The notes: generated by a model from the sequence alone, not told the origin. DNA of 64,000 nucleotides from an uncultured Anaerolineae bacterium (GCA_964390105.1 CAYMGV010000001.1:132088-196087); one strand, 5' to 3'; positions 9,341-18,369 are shown, counted from the stretch's first letter. Numbers and translations: made by a program.

Positions 9341-10900
9341 TCAACCCTGCGGTGAAAGCCGTGGCAGCGCGACGATGAAAGATGCCCCTTCACCCGGCTG
9401 GCTTTCGACACGGATAGTGCCGCCATGCCCCTCAACGATGGACCGCACGATGAACAACCCCAGCCCGGCCCCCTGCGTAGCGCGGGCCAGCGTATTCTCG
9501 ACACGGTAGAAGCGGTCAAAAATCTGGTCCTGTTGATCGGCATCCAGGCCAACGCCTTCATCGCTGACGGCAATTTCAACCTGATCGGCATCAAAACGGC
9601 CCGCAACTGTGATCTCACCACCATCGGGTGCATACTTGATAGCGTTACTGATCAGGTTCGAGAAAACCTGGGCAAGACGGCGATCATCTCCCTCGATACC
9701 GGGCAGATCGTCAGGCAGATCAACGTGGATGGTGTGCTGATCCGTCTGTGTCTGGAAGGTTTGTGCCAGCCGGTTCAGCATATCACGCAGATTCACCTGT
9801 GCAAAGTGAAGTTGCAGGGTGCCCAACTGCACGCGGGACACATCCAGCAGATTGTCGATCAACTCGGCCAGCTTGTCGGCCTCATCCTCAATGACGGAGA
9901 TGCTGTTCCTCAAGGTCTGTGCGTCCCAGGTTACATCGTCACGGGTTAAGGTGCTGGCATAACCTTTTATCAGCGATACCGGTGTCTTGAGTTCATGCGA
10001 AATGACGGAGATGAAGGTATCCTTCGCCTCCTCAGCTTCCCGAAAGCGCGTGATATCACGCACATTGGCAATGATGTGACTGCACTGTCCGTTGACATTA
10101 AACAGCGGCGCATAGGTGATGCCCACGCTGAGATGTGAGCCACTGGAATGCTGTAGGTCGCCCTCCACGTAGAGGACGCTGTGCTGATTGAGCGGCCAGC
10201 CATTGGCGGCGGCCTCCTTTAAATCGATGCCGGTGGTTCGGTGCGCCCACCGGATCACCCGGTCATACGGTTGACCTGCTGCTGCATCGACCGGGACACC
10301 CGTCATGCGAGCCAGCGCCAGGTTGACGTTCTCAACACGCAGATCGTTATACAGCGTCATGATGCCATCGGCGCTGTGGCGCAGGATAGCATCCATCCGC
10401 TGCTTTTCACTCACCACCCGCTCATAGAGCCATGCGTTATGGACAGCAATCGCAGCCTGATCGGCAAAACTCTGCAACAATCGGCGGTCATTGTGAGAGA
10501 AGCTGCCCCCGGCCTCTCGGAAGATGTACACCACACCGACGAGATTTGCACCGATGATCATCGGCAGCGCCACCACTTGATGCAGCCCCATCCCGGCAGC
10601 CTGCGCCACCATGCGCATTTTCTCATTGAGTTCCGGGATCAAGAAGTCACTGGCATCCCCACGTGGGATGTCGGTAAGCAGCGGCTTGAAGTGCTCCAGC
10701 AGCGCAGGAGGAATGCCATAACTGGCACGAACGGCAAACACATCCTTTTGCGCAAGCGCAATGATTCCCGCCTGACCACCAAGCAATTCGGTGGCAGACT
10801 CGAGAATGCGGCGCAGGACTTCATTCAGGCTCAGTTCCGAAGTCAGTGACCGTGAGATATTGAGTAATTGATCGCGCTGCCGTATCAGGAGTTCAATCAT
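9341..10900 (-). CDS. Cytoplasmic sensor histidine kinase (GAF-PAS-HisKA-HATPase)
   Basis: H-box is ISVISHELKTPVS. N and G boxes are NLISNAIKYAP and DEGVGL...GAGLGLFIV. A GAF-like N-terminal half precedes a PAS-like segment. Confidence 0.85.
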   Translation of the reverse strand: MIELLIRQRDQLLNISRSLTSELSLNEVLRRILESATELLGGQAGIIALAQKDVFAVRASYGIPPALLEHFKPLLTDIPRGDASDFLIPELNEKMRMVAQAAGMGLHQVVALPMIIGANLVGVVYIFREAGGSFSHNDRRLLQSFADQAAIAVHNAWLYERVVSEKQRMDAILRHSADGIMTLYNDLRVENVNLALARMTGVPVDAAAGQPYDRVIRWAHRTTGIDLKEAAANGWPLNQHSVLYVEGDLQHSSGSHLSVGITYAPLFNVNGQCSHIIANVRDITRFREAEEAKDTFISVISHELKTPVSLIKGYASTLTRDDVTWDAQTLRNSISVIEDEADKLAELIDNLLDVSRVQLGTLQLHFAQVNLRDMLNRLAQTFQTQTDQHTIHVDLPDDLPGIEGDDRRLAQVFSNLISNAIKYAPDGGEITVAGRFDADQVEIAVSDEGVGLDADQQDQIFDRFYRVENTLARATQGAGLGLFIVRSIVEGHGGTIRVESQPGEGASFIVALPRLSPQG

Positions 10901-10925
10901 GGTTCAGATTGTAACGTGTCTGCGC

Positions 10926-10959
10926 CCAAATAAAATGAGCCGTGACCGTCACGGCTCAT
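10926..10959 (-). terminator. Intrinsic terminator after the class-III aminotransferase gene
   Basis: Perfect 12-bp stem ATGAGCCGTGAC/GTCACGGCTCAT, followed on the minus strand by TTTTATTT. Confidence 0.75.
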
Positions 10960-10987
10960 TTCTAACAGGCTTCTTATCCCGCAGCGG

Positions 10988-12307
10988 TTAGTTGAGGTCA
11001 GCCTCAATGTCACACAGCGCTGCATCCAGCAGATGCATGGCTTCCCCACCAATAGCCTCATCGATCATCAGGGCCGGGATGAGACGCAGCGCCTCATTAC
11101 CCGCGCCCAGCATCAGCAGACCCCGATTAAACGCCGCATCGACAATCGCGTCACGCAGATCATGGTTCGAGATGCTATCAAGCGGTGAGACAATATCAAG
11201 GCCGATCATCAGGCCGCGACCACGCACGTTCTGCATAAGAGGGTGCTTCTCCGCCATCTCATTGAGGCGATCCACGAAGAACTCCCCCATCCTGGCGGCG
11301 TTTTCCATATACCCGCCCTCGACCAGTTCCAGTGTTTTGAGCGCCGCCGCACATGCCACCGGGTTACCGCCAAAGGTGCTGCCATGTGCGCCGGGTTCCC
11401 ATGTCATCAAATCTTCACGGGCGATGACGGCTCCAATCGGCATACCACTAGCCAGACCCTTGGCTGATGTTAGTATATCAGGCTGCACAGCGACATGGTC
11501 AATGGCCCACCATTTCCCGGTGCGGCCAATACCGCTTTGGACCTCATCGGCAATTAACAAGATACCGTGACGATCACACAGATCGCGCAGGCCGGGCAGG
11601 AAGGTGTCGGGTGGAATGATGTATCCGCCTTCACCCTGGATCGGCTCAACCACGATAGCCGCGACACTGCCCGGCGCAACGATGGTACTGAATACATGCT
11701 GCTCAATGTAATTGAGAACATCTGCACCCACATCTTCCGATTTCGGGTTGAGGATCGGGTTAGCGGGATTGGGGTATGGCACATGGAATGTCCCCGGCAT
11801 CAGTGGGTAGAACTTCTGGCGCTGGCGATACTTACTGGCGGTCAGTGAGAGTGACCCCATGGTGCGCCCGTGGAACCCGCCGTGGAATGCGATAAAGTTG
11901 GGGCGTTCCGTCGCATAGCGAGCCAGTTTGAGGGCTGCCTCAATTGTTTCGGTGCCGGAGTTGGCAAAGAACATATTGACCGGCTCAGCAAACGGCGCGA
12001 TCTCGGCGAGCTTTTCCGCCAACTGCACACCGACTTCATAGTAGAAATCGGAGAAACAAATGTGCAGGAACTTGTCCGCCTGATCCTTGATGGCCTGAAC
12101 GACATCAGGGTGACTGTGCCCGGTGGCCGTCACCGCGATACCGGACATCATATCGATGTAGCGGTTGCCGTCGACATCCCACACTTCGACACCAAGGCCA
12201 CGCTTCATCACCAGCGGGTACACGCGCCCCATACAGCTTGACAGCAGGGCATGATCGCGTTCAATGATCCCGGCGGATTCCGGGCCGGGAACAGCAGACG
12301 GCTTCAT
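10988..12307 (-). CDS. Class-III PLP aminotransferase (GABA/acetylornithine aminotransferase-like)
   Basis: Contains FFANSGTETIEAALKLAR, LLIADEVQSGIGRTGKWWA and DILTSAKGLASGMPIGA (PLP lysine). Confidence 0.8.
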   Translation of the reverse strand: MKPSAVPGPESAGIIERDHALLSSCMGRVYPLVMKRGLGVEVWDVDGNRYIDMMSGIAVTATGHSHPDVVQAIKDQADKFLHICFSDFYYEVGVQLAEKLAEIAPFAEPVNMFFANSGTETIEAALKLARYATERPNFIAFHGGFHGRTMGSLSLTASKYRQRQKFYPLMPGTFHVPYPNPANPILNPKSEDVGADVLNYIEQHVFSTIVAPGSVAAIVVEPIQGEGGYIIPPDTFLPGLRDLCDRHGILLIADEVQSGIGRTGKWWAIDHVAVQPDILTSAKGLASGMPIGAVIAREDLMTWEPGAHGSTFGGNPVACAAALKTLELVEGGYMENAARMGEFFVDRLNEMAEKHPLMQNVRGRGLMIGLDIVSPLDSISNHDLRDAIVDAAFNRGLLMLGAGNEALRLIPALMIDEAIGGEAMHLLDAALCDIEADLN

Positions 12308-12346
12308 AATATTGACTCCTCTAATAGGTATGTGTTGACTGAGAAC

Positions 12347-13432
12347 TCACCGGCTGGCATTTAGCCGCTTGCCGGATGACTGGATCGAAGCGGCGCTAAT
12401 CAGCCCAAGCAGCGTGCCCTCCTGCATCACTGGCAGAACGTCCAGCCCACGGTGTTCCATCTCACGCAGAGCTACCCACAGCGCATCCTGTGGGGACATC
12501 ACCGGGTATTCCGTTTCCATAATATGCGCGACGGTTTTCTGGTTTTTTTGCCGTCTCAGCAGATCGCGATGACTGACCAGCCCGACCAGTTTGTCATCTA
12601 CCATTACGGCAAGGCCGTCGCTGCCACGCAGCATACTGCGCACGGCTGGAGATGACAGCGTATCCCACGGAGAAAGCGCTCCCCCGATAGGCTTCACAAG
12701 CTGGCCCACCGAAAGTTCAACAAAAGCCCGCTGTGTTTTATAGGCACGCCACTCGTACCGGCTGCCCAATACCACAATCACGGCCAGCAGCAGAAATATT
12801 GGATTGATGCGCCCCGGCCATGATACACCCATCAGGCCCAGCAGCACCAGCCCCACACTAACGACATACCCCGCGATGACTGCTATCAGCGTCGCGGCCC
12901 GGATGGGCATCATCAGTGCAAGGCCCGCCCGCAGAATACGCCCGCCATCGATGGGAAAGGCCGGTATCATATTAAACAGAAACAAGCTCACGTTGACCCA
13001 GAATAACAGCGCCACCGTAATGGACAGATCACGCTGCATGAACCACAACAGCAGCAGGTTTCCATCCGACTTGGGCATCACGACCATCAAAAAGGCCAGC
13101 AGGATCGCGATAACCAGGTTGACCAGCGGCCCAGCTAGTGTGAACAGGAGTTCGTGCCACGGGTTCAGCTCGGCAACTTCAAGGTAGGCCACTCCGCCCA
13201 CGGGCAGCAGTGCGATCTCACGTACGGAAATTCCAGCAGCCTGCGCCACCAGTGCATGGCCGAATTCATGAGCCAGCACAGCAGCAAACAGCAGGAGCAC
13301 CAGTATCATCCCCGGCAGAAGGCCCGGCAAGCCCGCGACCAGCCAACCTTGCCAGGCCCCCCAGATCAGCACCAGCAGAAACGTGATGTGGATGTTAACC
13401 GCGATCCCGTGAACTCGTGCGACCTGGATCAT
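12347..13432 (-). CDS. Site-2 protease (M50) with a C-terminal CBS pair
   Basis: Contains HEFGHALVA (HExxH) and NMIPAFPIDGG, with several TM helices. The C-terminus has CBS-like repeats (DGLAVMVDDKLVGLVSHRDL, LDVLPVMQEGTLLGLIS). Confidence 0.8.
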   Translation of the reverse strand: MIQVARVHGIAVNIHITFLLVLIWGAWQGWLVAGLPGLLPGMILVLLLFAAVLAHEFGHALVAQAAGISVREIALLPVGGVAYLEVAELNPWHELLFTLAGPLVNLVIAILLAFLMVVMPKSDGNLLLLWFMQRDLSITVALLFWVNVSLFLFNMIPAFPIDGGRILRAGLALMMPIRAATLIAVIAGYVVSVGLVLLGLMGVSWPGRINPIFLLLAVIVVLGSRYEWRAYKTQRAFVELSVGQLVKPIGGALSPWDTLSSPAVRSMLRGSDGLAVMVDDKLVGLVSHRDLLRRQKNQKTVAHIMETEYPVMSPQDALWVALREMEHRGLDVLPVMQEGTLLGLISAASIQSSGKRLNASR

Positions 13433-13441
13433 GAGCGGGTA

Positions 13442-14605
13442 TTATTCACCGGGCTTTACCGGCAAATCCAGCTCGGGCGCACCGGCCACCGCTCGGCCCT
13501 TCCATTTAATCTCTTTCCTGGAGGCAACAAGATACATACCTTCGGCAAGGATGGCACACACAATCAACGCCCCGATTGGATAGGTAATTGCCGTCCATGG
13601 CGGCATACGGAACCCCATAATCCGGATACCCCCGTAGAACACAAGCTGTATCGCAACAACGGTGCCGAGGATCAGAACAATATCCGCTGGCGCACCGGCA
13701 ACGTATGTAATCAACCACAGGATAACTGGCAGTACGTTGACCAGCAGCATCACAAATAGGCCAGCAATTGATGGCCCCCAACCCCCGGATATTTCAACCG
13801 CAGCCTTGATAGCACCGGAGCGAATCTCTTTGAGGTTATGATACAGGCGTACTCGCATCATGTCCGAGCCATCTACTACATGAATGCGGTGCCCAGCCCC
13901 TTTGACAACTTCTGCGAGTGAGAAGTCATCCATCATGCGCTGTTTGATAGCCTCATGCCCACCGATATCCTCGTAAACGTCGCGTCGTATCAGGATGAAC
14001 TGACCATTTGCCATTGCCAGGCTGGTGGATGGATCATTAACGCGGTTAGGGGGAAAGATCAACAGAAGCCATGGCAGGAATGGCAGCACGATACGCTCCC
14101 ATAACCCCTGCATTTCGTACCATGGCTGCATACTCAGCATATCGATGTGATTAGCTACGGCGAACGAGATGGTCCGTTCGATTAACTCTGGCTCGGCGTA
14201 GGTGTCAGCATCCATAAAACACAGCCAGTCGCCAGTTGATGCCGCCGCGCCTGAGTGGCAGGCCCACTGTTTGCCGTTCCAATTGGTGGGCTTACCCCCT
14301 GTATTGATGACCTTTAAGCGAGGCTCATCTTTGGCATACCTGCCAAGAATTTCGCCGGTGCGGTCTTCGGAATCATCATCAACGAAGATCATCTCGAGGT
14401 GTTCATAAGTTTGATGCACAATACCCGATGCACAGCGCCCGATGTTTCGTTCCTCGTTGCGGGCAGGCACCACCGTGGAAACCAGTGGCAGCTCAGCGGG
14501 GAGCGGCTCGTCAGCCAGGGTCCCTTTGAATTCCACCCCGATATAGCCCAAGATAGCCATCAGACCGATCACGGCAAAGGCATATAGCACGACCAGAACC
14601 AGCAT
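13442..14605 (-). CDS. Family-2 glycosyltransferase, membrane-anchored
   Basis: Contains VVPARNEERNI, IFVDDDSEDRTGEIL and FMDADT (DxD), with C-terminal TM helices. Confidence 0.75.
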   Translation of the reverse strand: MLVLVVLYAFAVIGLMAILGYIGVEFKGTLADEPLPAELPLVSTVVPARNEERNIGRCASGIVHQTYEHLEMIFVDDDSEDRTGEILGRYAKDEPRLKVINTGGKPTNWNGKQWACHSGAAASTGDWLCFMDADTYAEPELIERTISFAVANHIDMLSMQPWYEMQGLWERIVLPFLPWLLLIFPPNRVNDPSTSLAMANGQFILIRRDVYEDIGGHEAIKQRMMDDFSLAEVVKGAGHRIHVVDGSDMMRVRLYHNLKEIRSGAIKAAVEISGGWGPSIAGLFVMLLVNVLPVILWLITYVAGAPADIVLILGTVVAIQLVFYGGIRIMGFRMPPWTAITYPIGALIVCAILAEGMYLVASRKEIKWKGRAVAGAPELDLPVKPGE

Positions 14606-14635
14606 TAATCGAATTGCTCCTGTTGGTGTGGTAGG

Positions 14636-15070
14636 TTATTCCTGTTTTTCGGCGTCAACTGATGGGCGGACAGACCCATAAATCAGCACGCCAATGGCGG
14701 AGACTCCAAACCCCATCAGCATTCCGGTGGCTTGCAGCCAGCCGAGCAGCACGCCATCTGCCGCATTATGAGAGCCAAAGCCAAACACATCGGCGAGCAT
14801 GGCTGAATAAGCAAACACCAGCCCGGTAAATCCCAGCCGAATGCCGATGTCGTGACGCAGTGTGCGTGGATTGCCACGATGGAGGATAGCGTACACGATC
14901 ACGTATGCCCCCATGACCAACAGTGTCAACCCAACCAGGATGGCGATGATCTGTGCGATACCGATACCCGGCGTACCATCCGCACCCACTGCCGAGGGGA
15001 ATAACCCCAGTATCAATACGACGCCACCCAGCACTACACAAAATACACCGAGTTGAGTCAGCCTGCTCAT
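14636..15070 (-). CDS. Hypothetical integral membrane protein (4 predicted TM helices)
   Basis: 144 aa and hydrophobic throughout. Its start ATG shares one nucleotide with the stop of the upstream 86-aa ORF (TGATG). Confidence 0.55.
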   Translation of the reverse strand: MSRLTQLGVFCVVLGGVVLILGLFPSAVGADGTPGIGIAQIIAILVGLTLLVMGAYVIVYAILHRGNPRTLRHDIGIRLGFTGLVFAYSAMLADVFGFGSHNAADGVLLGWLQATGMLMGFGVSAIGVLIYGSVRPSVDAEKQE

Positions 15071-15330
15071 CAGAACCCGCCCGTCTCCAGATTGTGGGTT
15101 TCCGGAAGGGCATCCCGGAGAACGTGAATCCAGTTCTCCCCCATGATACCGTGAACGTCTCGTTCTGAGTACCCGCGTCTGCGGAGAAGTGCGGGGAGTT
15201 TCTGCAGATCAGCATCTCGTCCCTGCCGGCGAGTAACATAGGCGTTCTGGATGTAATCACGGCCAAACGTCTGGATATTCCATGCAAGGCCCTCATGCGC
15301 AGCAACGATGAGGTGCTGAGTGTCGTTCAT
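15070..15330 (-). CDS. 86-aa protein resembling fused N- and C-terminal ends of an M19 (renal-type) dipeptidase
   Basis: LIVAAHEGLAWNIQTFGRDY resembles the xIDxHxDLAxN..RDY N-terminus. LPALLRRRGYSERDVHGIMGENWIHVLRDAL resembles the ...LLRRGYSEEDIxKIxGxNxLRV C-terminus. Overlapping start and stop codons on both sides suggest translational coupling. Confidence 0.5.
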   Translation of the reverse strand: MNDTQHLIVAAHEGLAWNIQTFGRDYIQNAYVTRRQGRDADLQKLPALLRRRGYSERDVHGIMGENWIHVLRDALPETHNLETGGF

Positions 15331-16367
15331 GCGCCCAGGTACGCAATGATAAGCTGGGTGGTGGCAACGATGCTATCGATGTGAGTGCGCTCGTAATGGT
15401 GGGATGCATTGACACCCGGCCCAATCAGGCCGACACGCACATCACCACCAGCTCGCCAATACGACTCACCGTCCGAACCATAATACGGATACACATCAGG
15501 TTTATACGGAATCTCAGCGGCTTTTGCGAGAGAAACCAACTGACGGCGCATCCCGATGTGGTAGGGGCCACCTGCATCCTTGACACAGATACCTACCGTG
15601 AATTCATCGGAGTTTTGTGGGCCGCCGGCTGCCGCCATATCGATGGTGAGCAGTTCCTCCATCTCTGGCGGAAAGCCAGCAGAGCCACCATGCCCGACTT
15701 CCTCGTAATGGCTGATATGTACGATCACATCACGTGTTGGCTGCTTCCCTGCATCGCGCAGTGCTTTGAGTGCCCCGTAGATGCAGGCCACCCCGGCTTT
15801 GTTATCGAGATGACGTGACCGGATGAACCCGTTATCCGTCACCCTGACGCGGGGATCAAATGAGATGAAATCACCCACTTCGATACCGAGGTCGCGTGTT
15901 TCCTTCTCTGATGTGGTGCGTGCATCGATGCGCACCTCGTAGGCAGAGGCAGTGCGTTTGAAGTCACGTGCCTCGCCGCCAAAGATATGAACACTGGCTT
16001 TTACGGGGAGAATCGTGCCAGTGTATTCAGCTTCATCAGCGTGAATAATAACCCCTTCACCCTCAACTGATCCCCACGTCCAGCCACCAAGCTGGGTCAT
16101 CTCAAGGCACCCGTTCGATTTAACACGGGACACCATCGCGCCCAACGTATCGAGATGCGCCGTTACCCCTACGGGAGCCGCATCGGATTCGCCGGACACA
16201 CGACCAACAAGCATACCCTTGGGCGCAGCGTGTAATACCACGCCGATCTCGCGGAAGGCCTTTTGACAGTAGTCCACGGCCTGTTCATGGTAGCCGGTTG
16301 GGCTGGGAATGTTCAGTAGTGGTACCAGGAAATCCATGACTGCCGTCTGATCGACTGAATGTGCCAC
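15327..16367 (-). CDS. M42-family metallo-aminopeptidase (FrvX/PepA-like)
   Basis: 346 aa. Contains VTAHLDTLGAMV, RHLDNKAGV and HYEEVGHGG, which resemble M42 metal-binding motifs. Confidence 0.75.
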   Translation of the reverse strand: MAHSVDQTAVMDFLVPLLNIPSPTGYHEQAVDYCQKAFREIGVVLHAAPKGMLVGRVSGESDAAPVGVTAHLDTLGAMVSRVKSNGCLEMTQLGGWTWGSVEGEGVIIHADEAEYTGTILPVKASVHIFGGEARDFKRTASAYEVRIDARTTSEKETRDLGIEVGDFISFDPRVRVTDNGFIRSRHLDNKAGVACIYGALKALRDAGKQPTRDVIVHISHYEEVGHGGSAGFPPEMEELLTIDMAAAGGPQNSDEFTVGICVKDAGGPYHIGMRRQLVSLAKAAEIPYKPDVYPYYGSDGESYWRAGGDVRVGLIGPGVNASHHYERTHIDSIVATTQLIIAYLGA

Positions 16368-16440
16368 GAAGCGACCTCCTGTGCCGGGGGATAAATGAGA
16401 AATGCGCCCAGGGCAGACGCATTTTCATGGTGCATTCAAT

Positions 16441-16629
16441 CTACCGGGTTTCTTCGGCGGCTTCGTCAGTGATTTCGGCTTCTTCTTCCTGGCCACCTTT
16501 AAGGCCACGGCGGAATTCGCTGATGGCAGAGCCAAGCTCACGACCGATCTTGGAAACGCGCCCGACCCCGAAGATCAGCAACACAATCGCAAGAATGACG
16601 ATTAGTTCAACCGGGCTTAAGGTCCGCAT
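16441..16629 (-). CDS. tatA: Twin-arginine translocase subunit TatA/E
   Basis: MRTLSPVELIVILAIVLLIFGVGRVSKIGRELGSAISEFRRGLK is a canonical TatA TM helix plus amphipathic helix. SD GGAGG lies 7 nt upstream of ATG 16629 (the track ORF starts at 16644). Confidence 0.85.
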   Translation of the reverse strand: MRTLSPVELIVILAIVLLIFGVGRVSKIGRELGSAISEFRRGLKGGQEEEAEITDEAAEETR

Positions 16630-16664
16630 GGGGGATACCTCCAATATAACGATTAGGGATCCCG

Positions 16665-16693
16665 ATTATACCACTTTGGCAAACCATCACGAA
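16665..16693 (-). promoter_or_regulatory. Candidate extended -10 promoter for tatA
   Basis: Reverse strand reads TTCGTG, 17 nt, TGgTATAAT. Confidence 0.4.
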
Positions 16694-16883
16694 ACAATTT
16701 TATGCTATGCAACAAACAAGGCAGGGCGGCATAGAACATTTGTTCTTGTGCGGGGTTCCGGAAAGCAATGCCCCGTTCCGACCGAAAAAACCATTGCTAT
16801 GTTTTTGTTGATTTGTTCGTGCCGGTGACTTGACAAAAAAATGACCCGCTGCAATCTGATTGATCGCAATGGGTCGTAAAACG

Positions 16884-16912
16884 AAAAGGGCCGCTGACCA
16901 GCGACCCTTTTT
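16884..16912 (-). terminator. Terminator-like hairpin downstream of tRNA-Met
   Basis: GGGCCGCTG/CAGCGACCC stem with one mismatch. Flanked by an A-run and a T-run, so it could act on either strand. Confidence 0.5.
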
Positions 16913-16917
16913 AGTGA

Positions 16918-16989
16918 TGGCGATGACTGGATTCGAACCAGTAACCTACGGCTTATGAGTCCGCCGCTCTGCCATTGAGCTACATCGCC
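16918..16989 (-). tRNA. tRNA with CAU anticodon (elongator Met, or Ile2 if lysidine-modified); CCA not encoded
   Basis: Hand-folded. Acceptor GGCGATG/CATCGCC, D stem GCTC/GAGC, anticodon loop CTCATAA, T arm ACTGG-TTCGAAT-CCAGT. A G1-C72 pair argues against an initiator. Confidence 0.85.
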
Positions 16990-17004
16990 CTGAATTCGCG
17001 CTAG

Positions 17005-17032
17005 ATTATATCACACGCCGCTGCTTTGACAA
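17005..17032 (-). promoter_or_regulatory. Sigma70-like promoter for tRNA-Met
   Basis: Reverse strand reads TTGTCA, 16 nt, TATAAT. The -10 ends 15 nt before the mature 5' end. Confidence 0.6.
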
Positions 17033-17104
17033 GTTTGCTTGATTCTCACAGGGTATTCTGATACACTTTCATCCCGGTACTCAAATTGCATACAATTCAA
17101 GTAC

Positions 17105-17161
17105 CTTTCCGCTTTGCAACTCTCATCCCCCGGGAAACGTGCAAGGCAACACCGTGGAAAG
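17105..17161 (+). promoter_or_regulatory. Possible rpsF 5'-leader hairpin that sequesters part of the SD
   Basis: GCTTTGCA (17111-17118) pairs with TGCAAGGC (17140-17147). CTTTCC (17105-17110) pairs with GGAAAG (17156-17161), which overlaps the SD GGAAAGGAG. An S6:S18-binding rpsF leader is known in other phyla. Confidence 0.3.
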
Positions 17162-17172
17162 GAGAACCACAA

Positions 17173-17508
17173 ATGAGCCACAGGCTTTATGAACTGGGTA
17201 TCGTTCTGCGTTCAGAAATGAGCGAGGATGCCCTGAATAAGGAAATAGAAACACTGACCGGCTGGATCGAGCGAGAAGACGGCAAGATTGAGGATTCCCA
17301 GAGTTGGGGCCGCCGCCGTCTGGCGTACGAGATCGACGGTGAGCGCGAAGGCTTCTATTATTTCTTTGATGTGATGCTGCCACCCGAAGCACCTGCTGAG
17401 ATCGAACGCAACATGCGCATTGCTGACAACATCATCCGTTATTTGGTCGTCCGCAAAGAGGACGCGCAGCGCCTTTCAGCCCCAAAGACCTCCGAAGAAG
17501 CTGAGTAG
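17173..17508 (+). CDS. rpsF: 30S ribosomal protein S6
   Basis: MSHRLYELGIVLRSEMSED...SWGRRRLAYEIDGEREGFYYFF. SD AGGAG lies upstream of ATG 17173 (the track start 17086 is an upstream extension). Confidence 0.9.
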   Translation: MSHRLYELGIVLRSEMSEDALNKEIETLTGWIEREDGKIEDSQSWGRRRLAYEIDGEREGFYYFFDVMLPPEAPAEIERNMRIADNIIRYLVVRKEDAQRLSAPKTSEEAE

Positions 17509-17572
17509 CAAATAACACCCCGTACTCTCTGCTGTGCGGAATGGTTTGGTATCAGTCTGGAACGGAGCAGCT

Positions 17573-17971
17573 ATGAGAGGTCTGAACAAAGTCATGATCA
17601 TCGGGCATCTTGGGCGTGACCCCGAGATGCGCTATACACCGAGTGGGCGCCCTGTCACCTCATTCAGCGTTGTCACCAAACGGAGCTGGACATCCGCCGA
17701 GGGCGAGCGCCACGAAGAAGAAGAATGGTTTAACGTTGTTTCCTGGGGAAATCTGGCGGAAATCTGCAACCAGTATCTCAGTAAAGGGCAGCAGGTCTAC
17801 ATTGAAGGACGCCTGCAAACCCGTGGCTGGGAAGACGAAGAAGGCAAAAAGCATTATCGCACAGAGCTTGTTGCCAGCGAGATGATCCTCCTTGGCGATC
17901 GCCGCTCACCCTTTACGAGCGGGTTCAGCCCCGATGACGAGGACGATAACAAAGAGAACTTCGCTTTTTAG
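17573..17971 (+). CDS. ssb: Single-stranded DNA-binding protein
   Basis: MRGLNKVMIIGHLGRDPEMRYTPSGRPVTSFSVVT...WFNVVSWGNLAE is an OB fold. The acidic tail is DDEDDNKENFAF. Confidence 0.9.
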   Translation: MRGLNKVMIIGHLGRDPEMRYTPSGRPVTSFSVVTKRSWTSAEGERHEEEEWFNVVSWGNLAEICNQYLSKGQQVYIEGRLQTRGWEDEEGKKHYRTELVASEMILLGDRRSPFTSGFSPDDEDDNKENFAF

Positions 17972-17988
17972 CAGGACAGGAGTAAGCA

Positions 17989-18369
17989 ATGTCCGACCGA
18001 GATTGGAATAACTCAAACGATAATGATGATCGCAACCAACGCGATGATCGTCGCGGCGGTGGTCGTGGTGGTAACCGAGACAGCGGACGCAGTGGCGGCG
18101 GGCGCAGTGGTGGTGGGCGCAGTGGTGGCGGGCGCAACTGGGGTCGCCGCCCTCGCAGTTATTACAGCGACGCGATGAAGCGTGTGATGGTGATGGACTA
18201 CCGCGACGTGGAATCGCTCAAGTCTTTCGTAACTGAGCGTGGCCGCATCCGCCCGCGCCGTCAGACCGGGCTTTCTGCCAAGGAACAGCACCGCGTCACT
18301 CGCGCCATCAAGCGCGCCCGTCACATGGGCCTGCTGCCATACATCGGCGGCTCGTCCAACGATAACTAA
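17989..18369 (+). CDS. rpsR: 30S ribosomal protein S18 with a ~50-aa Asp/Asn/Arg/Gly-rich N-terminal extension
   Basis: The C-terminal 70 aa ([48 protein letters not shown]) are canonical S18. The N-terminus carries RGG and SGGGR repeats. Confidence 0.9.
   Translation: MSDRDWNNSNDNDDRNQRDDRRGGGRGGNRDSGRSGGGRSGGGRSGGGRNWGRRPRSYYSDAMKRVMVMDYRDVESLKSFVTERGRIRPRRQTGLSAKEQHRVTRAIKRARHMGLLPYIGGSSNDN
18091..18135 (+). repeat. Three tandem 15-bp units inside rpsR, encoding (SGGGR)x3
   Basis: AGTGGCGGCGGGCGC / AGTGGTGGTGGGCGC / AGTGGTGGCGGGCGC at 18091, 18106 and 18121. Confidence 0.9.

Noticed and set aside
16918-16990. An extra G immediately 5' of the tRNA(CAU) acceptor stem could be the G-1 of a tRNA-His.
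   Set aside because: The anticodon loop is CTCATAA (CAU). The extra G is just leader sequence, removed by RNase P.
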